DNA of 57,773 nucleotides from Chromera velia (Eukaryota), in the NCBI GenBank assembly GCA_018398765.1, contig JAHBMJ010000077.1, positions 1 to 57,773 on the forward strand, in the 5' to 3' direction. Positions 23,391-36,383 of the stretch are shown here, in pieces (positions within the stretch are counted from its first letter, which is position 1; each line of letters opens with the position of its first letter). The notes beneath the pieces are model-generated. The model did no database searches. It was given only the letters and a program-made list of their open reading frames with translations, and was not told the DNA's origin. The position numbers and the translations under genes are program-made.

Positions 23391-25896
23391 ATGAGCAGGG
23401 CCGAGCAAGGAGGTCTGAGCCCCAGGACTATTGGTCCTCGAGGGTTTCAGGAGTCTGTTGTTGCTCCTTTTTCATCTGGAAAGAAAGAGGAGGAGACAAC
23501 AAATGAGTCAGGATCGTTTCAGCATATTCACGCTTTTCTAAAATCCGTCTCTGCCGCGATTTCGAAAGTGGTCCCTGAAAGTTCTAGTGCAGTCTGGCTT
23601 GATGGTTGCACCCCTGGAGTTGACGGTTGTCCTTTGTTCGTTGACTTACACACAAACACAGACGGGTGCACGGAAGGATCCCGCCTGGTTGGGTCGCATT
23701 CCTCTCAACAACAACTTGGAGAAGGAGAAGAATGCTCAACTGTAAGGCGCTTGTGCCGAACCTTTTGCTTCTCTTCCTTTCTTCTAGACTTTCTTCTGCA
23801 CTCGCCGTCGTGCGATCTGATGGGTTTTCACATCTTTGCTTTTGTTCGGACCATACACCTTCTTGCAGGAAAGGAGAGACGACAGACATCTCCTCAGTGG
23901 CAGTCTCCCTCGCAGAGTGTCAAGTCGTTCGAGAGAGAGAGGGCACAGAGAGAGGCACAGACCCGCGTCACACTCCCTACCGGGTGTCGGGACTGCCATC
24001 AGAGGGAAGAGGTTACCCTTCGCACCCCCACCCTGCTCTTCCACCAGCATTAGCCCCAACCCAACCCCCCCCTCCCCTTCCCCCTCTTCCACTAGAAAGC
24101 CGACCAGGTTCCCAGAGGACCTAAACCTCCGTCGGTGGAAGCGCCTCTCTCCCGCCAAGCGCCGAGCCTCACGACAGACTCCCCTGGTGACAATTCCTGA
24201 AAACAGGGAGGTCACCCTGTGGACAGACGCTGCTTCTCTGTCTGCTTCCCTGAGTAGCTCCTCCTGTTCCTCTTCCTCCTCTTCCTCCTCAGGGACAGCA
24301 GGAGTACGCAGAGGCGCTTCCTTCCCTCCCTCTTCTCTCGCCTCCCTCCAAAGGCGATTGGGAGGGAGATCACGGAGAAGTGTCTCGCTGTCGAGATCTC
24401 TCAGTGAGACAGAATTAGAGGTAGATCAGACTCGAAGAGGAGGGACAGGAAGTAGCGAGAGTGGTGGCAGTAGCTTCTCCTCATTGTCGTTCTTGAAAGA
24501 GGCCGTCAAGACTCTTGAACCTTTAGACGATGACGACTTGTCTGATTCCATGGCTTCTGACTGTTCTTCCTCTAGTTCCATCTCTTCCTGTTCCTCCTCC
24601 TCAGAGGGCACAGGGGGACGACACAGACACAGACACAACAGCTTCACACAGGCCCTTTTCCCCTCTCTGTCTTCCTCTGTCTCAGAGTCCTCTGGCTCCC
24701 ATGGGAGCAGACTCAATAGACAGGGGCCCGCACCCCTTTCTCTCTCCGCCCTCTCACTTCCTCACCCTCTGACAGCCGAAACCCTCAAAGAAGGAATGTG
24801 GCGCCGTCAGATGGAGACGGAGAGAGAGACAGAGACAGAGACGGCGACAGAAGAAGGGCACATGGGGGGAGAGAGAGAGGGAGACGGAGGCCCAGGAGGA
24901 AGGCAGCAGCAGACTGTGGGGGATGGCAGTGCCAGTGCGAGTTTGTGGCTCGACCGCGTCCTCCGATTCGTCAGTGGTCTCTCTGCCTCCACTGCGTCAG
25001 GCTCGGGGTCAGAGGGCGGGGGAGGTTCCGGGTCTCCTTCCTCGTCCCCTGAAGCACGGGGTGTGGAGGTGGAAAGAGAGGGCATCGTGAGTCGGTGGGC
25101 AGAAGAGAAACCAGAGGAACCTGTGGTAGCATCGGGGTCGGCGGTGGGAGGAGCGGAAGGGAAAACGCGTTCGTTCGGTGCGAACGCAGACACTTCCTCC
25201 TCCTCTACTGCTCTTCCCGTTGATCCTTCTGTCTCCCCCCCTTTCTCCCTCTTGCCCTCGTCTGCACGTCCCCCCCGAGCTCTGACTGCCTCCGTAGATG
25301 CAGAAGAGGAAGAGGATGCGTCTCTGACAGTGTCTGCCTCTTCGTCTCTCTCTGCCTCAACGCAGGCGACAGAGACGGAGGGAGAGAGGCAAGTGCATGC
25401 AGAGAGGGAGGCGGCCTCATCCAGAGAAGGAGAGCGATCTTGCAGATTGTCATCCGGTAGTGCTGCGGACTTGAAAGTCAACGAGGGGATGCTCGCGGCA
25501 GATTCTGTTCATGAGGCGGTGGAGTTGTGGGCAGGCAAAGAGGGGGGGCAGGGTGGGGGGGCAGATCGTCCTTCTCAGTTCTCCCTTTCCCTGCTGCCTG
25601 GTCTGCGAGGCAGGCCTGCGAATGCCTCCTTAGCGTTTGTGTTGGTGGTTTTCCTTGGAGTGCTTTGGGACCTGTTTGTTGCGTTTAGGGGAAAAGGAAA
25701 GAGAGGAAGGAGGAAGAGGGAGAGAGGAGGAGGGCGTGAAAGGTTGATTAGCTTTATTTTGGGTGGGGGCACAGCGGGGGGGGGGGCCACGAGACCTGGT
25801 GGATCGGCGGGTGTCCGTTTATTTTGGCGTCTTCTTTCATCTGCTGTGTCTTCGCGTCTGTCCAGAAGGAAACAAACGGTTAAAGCGATCCTTTAA
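23391..25896 (+). CDS. Hypothetical Ser/Gly/Glu-rich low-complexity protein with a C-terminal hydrophobic (TM-like) segment
   Basis: Probable exon 1 from ATG 23391 to ~23567-23570, acceptor TTGCAG ending at 23868, then an open frame to TAA at 25896. ASLAFVLVVFLGVLWDLFVAF is followed by a basic tail. CpG-rich GCGC/TGCATG patch upstream at 22990-23090. Confidence 0.65.
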
Positions 25897-27833
25897 CAGT
25901 CCCATCACGAGACGGAAGGTTGAATGAATGAAAACGTTAACTGCATGCTTGCTTGCTTACTTAGTTGCTTGGTTGGGTACTCAGAACAAGTGGTTGTATG
26001 TGTTCTTGTTACCTTCCTGCCATGATTTATTTGTTTCTGTCGATGCCGCTGTGCAACGTCTAGCTGCATGTCTGGCTTCTTTGCTTATTTCACCCATCGC
26101 GTCGTCTCGTCTCTTCTCGTCCCTCTTGTCATGTCGTGTCATCTTAATGGTTTGTCTTTTCTGTCCTTTCTGTGCAAGGCTTTGCCTGCCAGCCTGTATG
26201 TGTCAGGTACGGTGAGTACGTCGAGCGAATGAATGGAAGGAAGGAACACCCGAGTGAGTGAGTGAGTGAGCTTCTCAAAGGAGGCTAACTCACTGATACG
26301 GAGGAGACGAGAGGAGCACAGAGACTCTCGATCGCGTTGGGTGCATCGCTCAACGCGAGAGGGCAGCCTTGGACAGTGAAGTGACAATGCGCCTAAGAGT
26401 ACGCAGCAAGCAGGGAAGAAAAGCAACGAGAAAAGTGAGGATGTCGAGAAAGAAAAGAAGAGAGAAGAAAAGGAAATTGTCTGCCTTTACTGGTTTCCCT
26501 TTATGTTCGTGCTCTCTTTTCCTCGTCTGGTACGAGCATAATGCGCCCACGCAGTCAGTCAAAAGGCAGGGACACAAAGGTGATTGACAATGCATGACAG
26601 TGACCAAATGACAGTCAGTGAGGAAGAATAGAAAGAAAAGTGAGTACCCCTCTCTTCTCTCTCTGGTATGTGCAGAGGTTGGAAGGATGAGTGCGGCTCT
26701 GTCGGTCACTTGACGGGACAAAGAGTAGATAGACTGACTTTATTGCAGAAGGGTGGGGAGGGGGGGTCAGGGGAGGGTGGGAGGGAGTCTCAGACAGTAA
26801 ATAAGTAAAGTGAAGGAAACAAAGATACCTCGAAACGCCCAAGTAAAATGGGGCAACAGAAACAACGAGAGAGAGCAGCAGGACATCAGGGAACAGGGAG
26901 GGAGTGAAACAAGTGTAAGGAGGCGAGCATTTCTTTTTCGGTACAGGAGCTTTTTGTTGTCGGATGTATCCGGATATATAAATCGTCATTGCGAATCAAT
27001 TTATTTGAAGCCGTGAGATGAAAGGAGCGGCAACTGAAAAAGAAAAGGAACAGAGAAAGACGAAAAAAGTAAAGGCGGGGCGTGTAAAGAGAGACAGCAA
27101 GCCTTTTGCCTTGTGCCTTGCTTTTCATCGCTGCAGCAGTCGGGTTTTGGTTAGTTTCTTTCCGTTGCTTTCGTTTTTCTTTTGCGTGGGTGGGCTGCGG
27201 TGGACTGCTTCCGTCAGTGAGTGAGTGTCTGCAATCGTCTTTTCTGTGTTGTCTTTTTGGTTGGTTACTTTTTGGTGAAAGGACGATGGATGACAAGAAA
27301 GGAAGTGAAACAAAAGAAAAGGAGGGGATCGCGGGAGATCCTGCGGTGAGATTCGTACAGGCTGCTGCTGTCAGGTACAGGCGTAGTGGGCTGTTCCTTT
27401 GCTTTGTGTGCTTGTGTGCTTTCATGCGCTTGCTTTTGAGTGCATGAATCGAGAGTGAGTTGCTTTCGATGCGGTTACGTTTTAGCTTTCTCTACTCGTC
27501 GAACAGACAAATGCCGTGTGTACATAAAGGGTGTTTCTTTCTCATTGAGTAAATAAGTAAGTCTGTCTGATAGCTCCATGCTGAAGAAACAAATGAGGAG
27601 AGAAAAGACAACGGCATCGCGGATTCTCAAGTGAAGCCCTCGATTTCTGTCTGTCTTTCTGTTTGAGAGGCTGAGTGTTGAATGCAGGGGAGAGAGTGTA
27701 AGGGAGGCAGCAGGAAGCAGGCAGGAGGTGACAGATGCACATTGCAAGGTTCATTTCTTTCTTTCTATCTGGTCCTTTGCTCTCGCTCCTTCACTCCCGC
27801 ATGCTCTCTCTTTCTCAGGCACTTGCTTTTTGC

Positions 27834-27864
<31 letters not shown>

Positions 27865-30800
27865 TGTTTGCACGCGTTCATTCCGTTCTGTCTGTCTGCA
27901 TGTGCTTGGCTTCAAGCAAACAATGAAAGAAACAAAAAGGGAACCGTGTTCATAAATCTGATGGTTTGTCTCTCCCTCCCTCTGAAAGCGTGTTTGTGGA
28001 AGTTCAGAAGAGGAAGCGGGATGTTGGGCGAATGCAAAGAAAGGGTGGGGGTTGTAGTTAATTTCATAGTCATGTCTCCGCCCTTCCGCGTGATCGTTCG
28101 TTGCCTTTCCTTTTGGATTCCTTAGATTCATTCTTTTTTTCCCCTGACGAGAGAGTCATTGGCTTTTTGCTCCTGTCCGGTTTCGTTTTTGCTCCACTTG
28201 GGACTATTCGTTCGTCTTACTTCGTTTTTCTCCTTTCTTTCTTTTTTCTCGCTCTTCTCTGGGTCAATCTTTCATTCTCCTTTTCTAATCCTTTGTCTCC
28301 GTTTTTTTGTTCGCGCCCGTCTGTCTGTCTGTCCATATGCTTGTGTGTGAGTTGAGTCATTGTGCAGTCCTAATTTTCTCCCTGCCCCTCTCTTTCACTC
28401 CTTTCTTTGTTGTGTCCTCGAATGGACGTGCGCATGTCTTCTCTCTCGCTGTGTGTATTGGTTTTCTCTTCTATGGGTTTGTTTGTGGAGTCCGTCTTTG
28501 TGGGTTAGTGAGAGAAAAGCCGAAGAGAAGAAAAGAGGGTCTCTCTATCTGTCTCTGGATGCGTGTCTGTGTGTATGTACCTGCAATCGAGTGTGGTCTC
28601 TCTCTCTTTCTCTCTGCCCCCCCTCTTCCTTTCCCTCCCCCTCTCTCGTGCTTGTTCATTATTCCGTGCGTGAGTGCGTGCGTGCCTGTGTGAGATTGTG
28701 TGCGTGTGTGTAAGTACATCCGTGCTCGTGTCCTTTGTCTGAACTGTAGCCAGGAAGGACGGAAACAAATCGAATGAATCCTTTGTGTGTTTGTGTCTGA
28801 CCAACAGAGCTCTCCCTCCCTCATCCCCGCTCCCGATGATCCTTTCTTCTCGCTCACTCTGATGACCTTATCTGCATTCTCTTCCTTCTCTTTCTGTTCT
28901 TCTTCCTGTCCTATCCCTCTCCTTCCCTCAAGCATGTGTCGGCGTGCAGTCAGTCAGATGGCGAGAGGCTCTCTCGTTCCTTGCATCAATCGGCAGCATT
29001 GCCCTTTCTTTCTTTCTTTCTTTCTTTCTTTCCTTCCTTTCTTTCTTTTCTTTTCTTTCTTTCTTTTCTTTCTTTTCTGTCTTTCTTTCTTTCTTTCTTT
29101 TTCCCCTCTTTCGACTCTTGTACAAGCATGCACTGGAGTTGGACCGGCCTTCCTATCCTCCTGCGTTTGGTCCCCTCTCTTTTCTCTTCTCTTCCCCCCT
29201 CAGAGTGTGGATGATTGTCTGTCTTCTGTTTTCTTTCCCTCTGCCTAGCTCCCCGGTTCCGGGGGAACAAAAAGAAGGGAGGGAGAGGGAGAGAGAGGAC
29301 GGGTGACAAGGTAGGTGGTCATGCGAGAGAGAGAAAGAGAGGCTGGCAGTCGGTGTGGTTCCAACTGATATCTGGTTGGTTCGCATTCCCTTCTTCCTTG
29401 CCTTCTATTTATTTTTTTGTTCAATACTTATGGTTTCCATTCTTCGATCATTCATCTGGATCTTTGTCTCTCTCTCTCCCCCTCTCCCTCCATCTGTTCC
29501 GGGCTCCCTTCCTGCTGGACCAAAAAGCGATCGAGTGATCACTCTCGAGACGGAAATTGTGGAAGAAGAGTTCAGCAAGAAGTGATGCAGGGGCGAATAT
29601 TGCTACCGCCAAATGTGGATAGCTGAAAAGTGACTTGGATGGAAGACGGGCGGACCGTTCGGGGAAAAACGAAACGTCTTCGCCAGTCTTCTCGAAGGAA
29701 ACGCAAAAGAAAGAAAGAAAGAATCAAATATGGAAGCAAGCTTCGACGGGCCTTCCAAAGCAAGCAAGGAATCAAGGAGGGAAGGAAGGAAGGAAGGAAG
29801 GAAAAGAGGACAGCTGATTTCTTCCGTCAGAAATCTTCTGGGTCAACTACTGTGCTAAAGGTTAATTTCTCTCTTGTTTGTGCCTGCTTGGTACCCACAA
29901 GTGCGGTCTGATCCCTTCCGCCCCTTTTCTCCTTCCTTCCTTCCTTCCCTTTCTTTCTTTCTTTCTTTCTGTCTGTCTGTCTTTCTTTCTTTCTTTCTTC
30001 CTTTGTGCATTTCTCTGTCTCTTCCTGTATTTCTTTCGCTCTTCTTCCTTTCTTTTTCTTTCTTTGCTTCTTTCCTGCATCCTGGCTTGTCTGTTAATTT
30101 CTTTCCTTTTCATGTGGGTCTTTTTTTCGTGATTGGTTTCAGTCATTTTTCTGACATCTGAATGCCCCTATCGCTTTTAAATTTCAATCTTTAATTTTCA
30201 ACTCCAAAGCCTAAGCAGCCCCTGCAAGTCAGGAGAGGAATATGCAAGAGCACCATAGAGAAAAAACGAGTCCTGGAGGACGCGACGAAAGAAGGAGAAA
30301 GAAGGGATCTCCGGATGAAAATCAATCACCATCCATGTGAGCAACACACTGATCGAGACGGAAAGAAGATTCGTTTCACAGAGATGCCGGATAGACGGAT
30401 GCAAAGGTACAAAAAGACAATTAAGGGTCTCCAGATTTGCGTGTGCAAGGAAGCAAGCTGCTTCTACTTGCATTCATCTATACACACTCCTGTGCATTCA
30501 TTCGGTTTCTTGACACAGAGAAAGGCGTTTATGGATCGAGCTAGGGCAGATCGGGGGTGACAGATCGCTCTTTCTTTCTTTCTATCGATGAATGAAATGG
30601 AAACCGTCAGAAACGCTTTCCTTGCTTGCGAGCAACTGGAAGGCACGCACGCACACAAACAAACAGACAGACAGAAATGCAGAGTGGGGTGACTCTGCTG
30701 TCATGTTGGAAGGGAAAACAGAGGAAGGGGCCGGCCGGATAGGAGAAATGGAGGGAGGTTGCCTTCCTTCCTTCAAGATGTCATTGAAGGAAAAGTGAGA

Positions 30801-32449
30801 AGGAAGAAGAAACACAATGCACGCAGAGGGAGGGAAGATTGACCGACCAGTCGATTTACTTCGACGCAGTTCGAAGAGAAGAGCAGAGGAATCGAAAGTT
30901 TTGCAGAAAAAAGAGCAGCGGAAAGTCAGTGCAGAGAAAAAGTCAAGTTCGTTTATCTGCATGGAAAAGCAAGAAAAAGTACAGCCACGACGATCCTTGC
31001 ATGGGATCATTATCGTCAAGTCAGCTCGCAATCAATCCAGGGGGGGGACAGGGTACTGTAGCGTCCCTCAGTGATTCCCTTTTCTGTCTCTTCTTTTCTC
31101 CCTGTTTTCTGTTCCTGGTACCAACTTTCCACGAATAAAGGAGCAACGCCTGGATGAGGAGGGGGAGAGAGGGGGAGGTGGTTAACTTCAGCAGGAAGCT
31201 TCCTTCATTCCTTCAGAAGGACAACATGCAGAGGAAGCCCATGAGGGTCTGTCGAGGCCTGTTGAGTCAGAAACAAATTGGAAGATAAAGACAGAGACGG
31301 AGAAAGCCTGTTGCTTTGTGCGAGAAGAAAAGTCTGTCTACTCTCGGATGAAAAAAATTGAAGGAAAAAGAGGAAAGAATCTTGCAACCTGCAAGACGGT
31401 GGGTGGAAAGAAAAAGAGGGGAAGGTTGAAAGATACGTACGTGCGGAGACAGAGGAGAGATAAAGCGGGAGAGAGCAAACTTAATTGGAATGAAAAAAAA
31501 AGAACTCGACGCTGGCCGACGTGGCCGTGCATCCTGATGAGCCATTCAACACGTTCAGTAGAACGTTCATGCAAGATCGGCGTTTACCAGCGAGTTCAGT
31601 ATAGATATAGCCAGTGTAGTATTAGTCACTAGATTAGTCACCACTGAAAAACTTTTAAGTTGCTCGCAAAGCATGTTAAAGCGTGCTAGTGCATATACCT
31701 TGACGTCATCATCATCATCATTATCATACGCCATCGCAGTATCGCCATTGGCCTATGAATAGGTGTCTAGCGTTCGGCAGCAACGCACGAGGTAGTTCGG
31801 TTCTTTACAACAGCAGTTCACTTTGATTTATACTTAATTCAACCAGGATCATTATGTGACCGATAATATACTCTAGGGATACTAAGTACTACTTTCTACA
31901 AATAGATAAATATCTCTAGAACTATCTGTAGTAGACTTACCAATTGATTTGGTAAACAAGTAAAAAAACAAATATTATGAACAAATATATATAATTTGCT
32001 ATATATCAAATTATTTTTGTGTTTTATCCTCTGATATATTTGTTTTCAATTTTTATATAGTATTATCATCAATTCCAAGTAAATATTATTGAATCCACGC
32101 TAAGCGGTGCCCTAGGCGGTGCCTTAAATACCTTTACAAACCTAATATGAGGCCTGACATGATAAAATTAAATTAAAATGATAAAAGCTTGGTTTTCGAG
32201 TGCTTATGATGATGATGATTGAGGGTTAAATCCTAGATCTAGTGACGCCGCTTATAAAAACAACTCGGCCTACAAGTTTACAACTGTCACTAACCCCTTA
32301 TCAGATCGACCCCATTAAAAGTTAAAACATTGTTTCAACATTAGCGGTCACACGGTCACAGGCCAATCTCTGCGGCGGCGTTTTCCCTAGGCCACTCCGA
32401 ATCCTTTTCGTTCGATGTTCCAGCGGCCACCAGAGACAGAAAATTTGGA

Positions 32450-33328
32450 TCAATTCTGTCCCAAGTTGACTCCCTGCTGTGAAAGAGGCGGTGACGACTC
32501 AGAGATGGGTGCTGCGGGCTCCCATATTTCTACTCTCAAGGCGAACGCCGCGCAGTCAGAGGCACCCGACGCAGTCTGTCCGCAATCGCCTCCAGGGCAG
32601 GCAGAGAGGGCGCACAAAAGGTCCATCTCTGCGTAGAACTCAATGAAGTCCCCTGGGCGCACTGGGGAGGCCTTCATGAAGTATTGGTGGGTTGTCTTCG
32701 TGAACCCAGTGCACATGAAGACGTTGAGAACGTCGTGCACGTCTGTCTCAGAAAGGCCGAAGGGGGCAACTGCTCTGGTCAGATTCGAGTGACAGCACCT
32801 GTCATACTCCTCTCCGGTGAGCATTTTGTTCGTGTAAGGGTCGCAGCGGGACCCGATGACGTCATGCACCCCTGCACCGTCCTCGTCGAATCCGTAGGCA
32901 AGCGTGTCGTGTGTGATGGTGGCTAGGGGCCTCAGGAAGGGGAAATTCGACCAGAGACGGTGGAAAGTGGTCAGGTGAGTGGCGTGGAGCTGTCGTGTCT
33001 TTGAGGCGTAGAAGCGCTCCTTTTTCGGATCGGCCCGGCTCCATAGGTTCAGGTCTCCCACCTGACTACCCTCTGTGCAGCAGATCCGAAAGAGTTGGCC
33101 CTTCTTTACTGTCCATGCGCGAGCGTCCTTGGGAGGGACAGTGAGCTCGGAGACTTTCTGGGCATCTTTGCGGACGTTCAAATAGAAGGCCTCATCGACA
33201 AAGACCGGGCAGGCTGAGGTCGGCAGCTTGGGCTGATATGCAATAATGACCGGCCTGTCCGAGTTGCTGCACTTCCCTTTGAGGGAATCGTCGCACTTCG
33301 GTGCAGTCCCGTTGACGAGGGTCGTCAT
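32450..33328 (-). CDS. DUF1989 (urea carboxylase-associated family) protein, 292 aa, intronless
   Basis: Family-typical motifs ARAWTVKKGQLFRI, GSQVGDLN, GVHDVIGSRCDPY, CCHSNL, VHDVLNVFMCTGF, GDFIEFYAEMDLLCALSACPGGD. Confidence 0.9.
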   Translation of the reverse strand: MTTLVNGTAPKCDDSLKGKCSNSDRPVIIAYQPKLPTSACPVFVDEAFYLNVRKDAQKVSELTVPPKDARAWTVKKGQLFRICCTEGSQVGDLNLWSRADPKKERFYASKTRQLHATHLTTFHRLWSNFPFLRPLATITHDTLAYGFDEDGAGVHDVIGSRCDPYTNKMLTGEEYDRCCHSNLTRAVAPFGLSETDVHDVLNVFMCTGFTKTTHQYFMKASPVRPGDFIEFYAEMDLLCALSACPGGDCGQTASGASDCAAFALRVEIWEPAAPISESSPPLSQQGVNLGQN

Positions 33329-33329
33329 T

Positions 33330-33960
33330 TCTGATTTCTCTTTTCAAGAAAAAATGTTCCTGTCAGACTTTGAACCAGATCGTCTCGTCTCAGACGGTAG
33401 TCAGTCAGAACTTAATGACTTGCTTACATGGCACGGAAGGCCGGCTGCATACAGACGTTCTGTGGAGTATGGACCTCTTCGAACGGTTCCAGATTCTGGA
33501 AGGTTCGAGCCTTGAGGAGTCATGGAGACGGAGACGGATTCGAGACGGAGACGGACCCCAGGCTGCGTGCATGCATGTAGACGGGAAATTTCAAGGGAGA
33601 CGGAGACGGCACAGAGGCATGGATTGAATCTCCGTCATGAACACGAGAATTCCGATCTTCAGACATTGTCTGACAGACGCCGGGCACATATTCGAGTCCA
33701 GTCACTCCGACCAGATCGCACACTTTGAATTATATAAGTGTCAGAAAACCGTCGCGAGCCCCATCTGTGCATCTGTGTCGTCCTTCACATTTGACTTCAA
33801 TTCGATCCACCCGCCTCTGTCAGAAAAAGTAGAACCCTGAAGATCTTTCTGTGACTGGGCTGAGCGCAGCACCGAAGATCGAATAGAAAGTCCCCACCTA
33901 CCCGCATCTCAAGAAGCCATCCAGGTCCGCGTCACGCAAACGTCTGACAGCGCGAGTGAA
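33330..33960. promoter_or_regulatory. Bidirectional promoter with a GAGACG cluster and TGCATGCA
   Basis: GAGACG at 33525, 33531, 33542, 33548, 33597 and 33603; reverse CGTCTC at 33381 and 33386; TGCATGCA at 33568-33575. Confidence 0.5.
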
Positions 33961-33961
33961 A

Positions 33962-35141
33962 ATGCCACTCGACGGAGTCTCCTTAGCGCAGACCTATGAG
34001 AAGAATGGTTTCGTTGCTCCTTTGGACGTCCTCTCTTCAGAGGAAGCGTTGGAGATTCGAAGGAAGTTGGAGGACTGGAGGGCGTCCCTAACGTCTGAGG
34101 GGAGGCTCATTCGATTCAAGAGCCACCTGCTCCTCCCGTGGCTGAGTGATCTGATCAGAAGGAAGGAAATTTTAGACGCCGTCTCCTTGTGCGGCCTGGG
34201 AGACGACATCTTGTTGTGGGACTGTGAGTGGATCATCAAGGAGCCCCACACGCAGGGCGTCTTCGCGTGGCACCAGGACGCCACATACTCCGACCTGTCC
34301 CCTCCTGATCAGGTCAGCAAGGGAAGATCTGGTGCATGTGTACTGCCTCTTTGAAAAGGAAAAGAATAATGCGGGAGGGAGGACGGTGGATAGTATTAAT
34401 ATATTTCGCCGTATTCTGTCCGTCGGAATTCGTGGGACTGGACGGAATCGATGCAGTTGGATCTTTTCTCTCTTGGACCCTTGTTGGCAGACAGGCAGAC
34501 AATGTGTTTTCTCCTTATTTAATTTTCCCCCTCGACCTGTATGACTGGATAGTTCTGTCTGAGTATGTCGCCTACCTGCATGTTGATTTTCCCCCTCCGC
34601 TCAGGTTGTGACTGCCTGGCTCGCCCTTTCGGAATCCAACGACGAGAGCGGGGCGGTTCGGTACATTCCCTCTGCGGAGAAGGTGCAGTTGCCTCACAGG
34701 GAGGTCGCAGGGACGCAGAATCTGCTGCTGCGGGGCCAGGAGGTGAGCGTGTCAGTTGAGGAAGAGAAGGCAGTCGCGGCTGTGCTCCGGCCTGGTCAGA
34801 TGTCTCTGCACTCTGACTTCGTGCTGCATGCGAGCGGGTCGAACAGAACAGAGGACAGCCGTATTGGTCTGGCCATGAGGTTTTTCAGCAAGCGTGTGGC
34901 TTGTGAGACCAAGAGAGAGGTGCGTGAAGGCGCGACGTTGTGCAGAGGGAAGTACGTCCCGACCGAGGGGGCTTTTGACCTTGATGAAGCCCCAGGGGTC
35001 CTCATGGGGCCAGAGGAGCTGAAGAGGCACAGAGAGGCTCTGTTGAAAATGGAGGCCAACTACATGAGAGGGTTTGCAGAGGGCAGGCCCAAGGATTACA
35101 CGCAGAGCCTTCAGGGAGAGGCCGTTGCGGTGACTGCATGA
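33962..35141 (+). CDS. Phytanoyl-CoA dioxygenase (PhyH) family Fe(II)/2-oxoglutarate dioxygenase, ~295 aa, 2 exons
   Basis: Exons 33962-34312 and 34605-35141 (phase-0 GTCAGC...CTCAG intron). YEKNGFV, HxD motif WHQD, TAWLAL, distal His in VLHASGSN, and the 2OG-binding Arg in SRIG. Confidence 0.92.
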
Positions 35142-36352
35142 ATAATGAAAGTTTGTCTAAGAGGGAGAAAATGTTTGTGTGATGTGATGTGATGTGATGA
35201 AAAGAGAAAGAGGTGGACCGGCTCAGATCGCAAAGGTTTTGTACACTCTTCGAGATCTGATTCGGCCAAGCACATGCAGTGGCTGCAGGCACGTGCACTC
35301 ACACAGAGCCGGTCTGAGTAGACGTGGCAGTGCCACCTTGCCACGGCAGCTACACATCCATACGGGAGGGGTGGAAGCGATAAAATGTTTCCGGATCTTT
35401 TCGACAAATCCCCTCAATCGCCGTCAACTTCCTTCCAGTCACTTGCCGAAACGCTCCATGTTGCTGTCATGATGTTTTTGCGGGAGTGGACGTATGAGTG
35501 CAGCAGCTGTCGTGCACTACCAGTCTGTTTTTGGCAAGGGATGGCTGTCTGTTGGCAATGCCTCTGTACCATAAATTCATGAAGTCCCGCTTAATTATGT
35601 CTCTCTCCCTCGCGCTCTCCCTCTCACAAACTCTGTGTGTCTGTGTCTGGATGTTCGTACCTGTGAACGAAAAAGGTCAGGCATTAATTGTTTGTCTGGG
35701 CTTCTTGCTGAGGAAATGGATGGATTGAGGAATGGAGTGTGAGAGATTCACGGGAGGAAATCTGTTCAGCACAGGTGACGGCCCGATCTGATTGCCCCGC
35801 ATGTAGCCTTGTTCCGTACATGCAGAAAAAAGGGAAGGAGGGGAGGGAGCAAACTTGAATGGCACAGGTGTTCGAAGACACAAGAAAAGACGCAGACAGA
35901 AGACGTCTGCATGGTGCGTCTCTTTCTTTCTCACGTGCGTTTGTGTCTATATGTGAGAGAGAAAGAAGAAAAAAATAGAATACGATTCTTGAGAAAGAAG
36001 AAAAAAAGAAATTAAAGAAAGGAAGTAGGGAAGGTAAAGAGGAAGGAGAGGCAGCAAGGGCCACGATCTGTCTGCCTGTCTCTTTCGTTTCAAACTGAAG
36101 CAGGAGTCTCATCCTGAGCTATCCTGAGCCATCCATCGATTTGGGGCAATTTAAGCAAGGATCCACTGAGGCGACGGGGACAACCCGACCCGTACATGCA
36201 GAGCCAAAGCGATTTTCTTTTTACCCTTCTATAATTACCCTTCTTAATTGAATCTCAGCGAGAGAGTTGTAGTCGTTTCCTGGATCGATCGTCATAGTTA
36301 TACTTTGAGAGTGGTAAAATATGATAATTAAAGGGTTACATTTTAGGCGATG

Positions 36353-36383
<31 letters not shown>

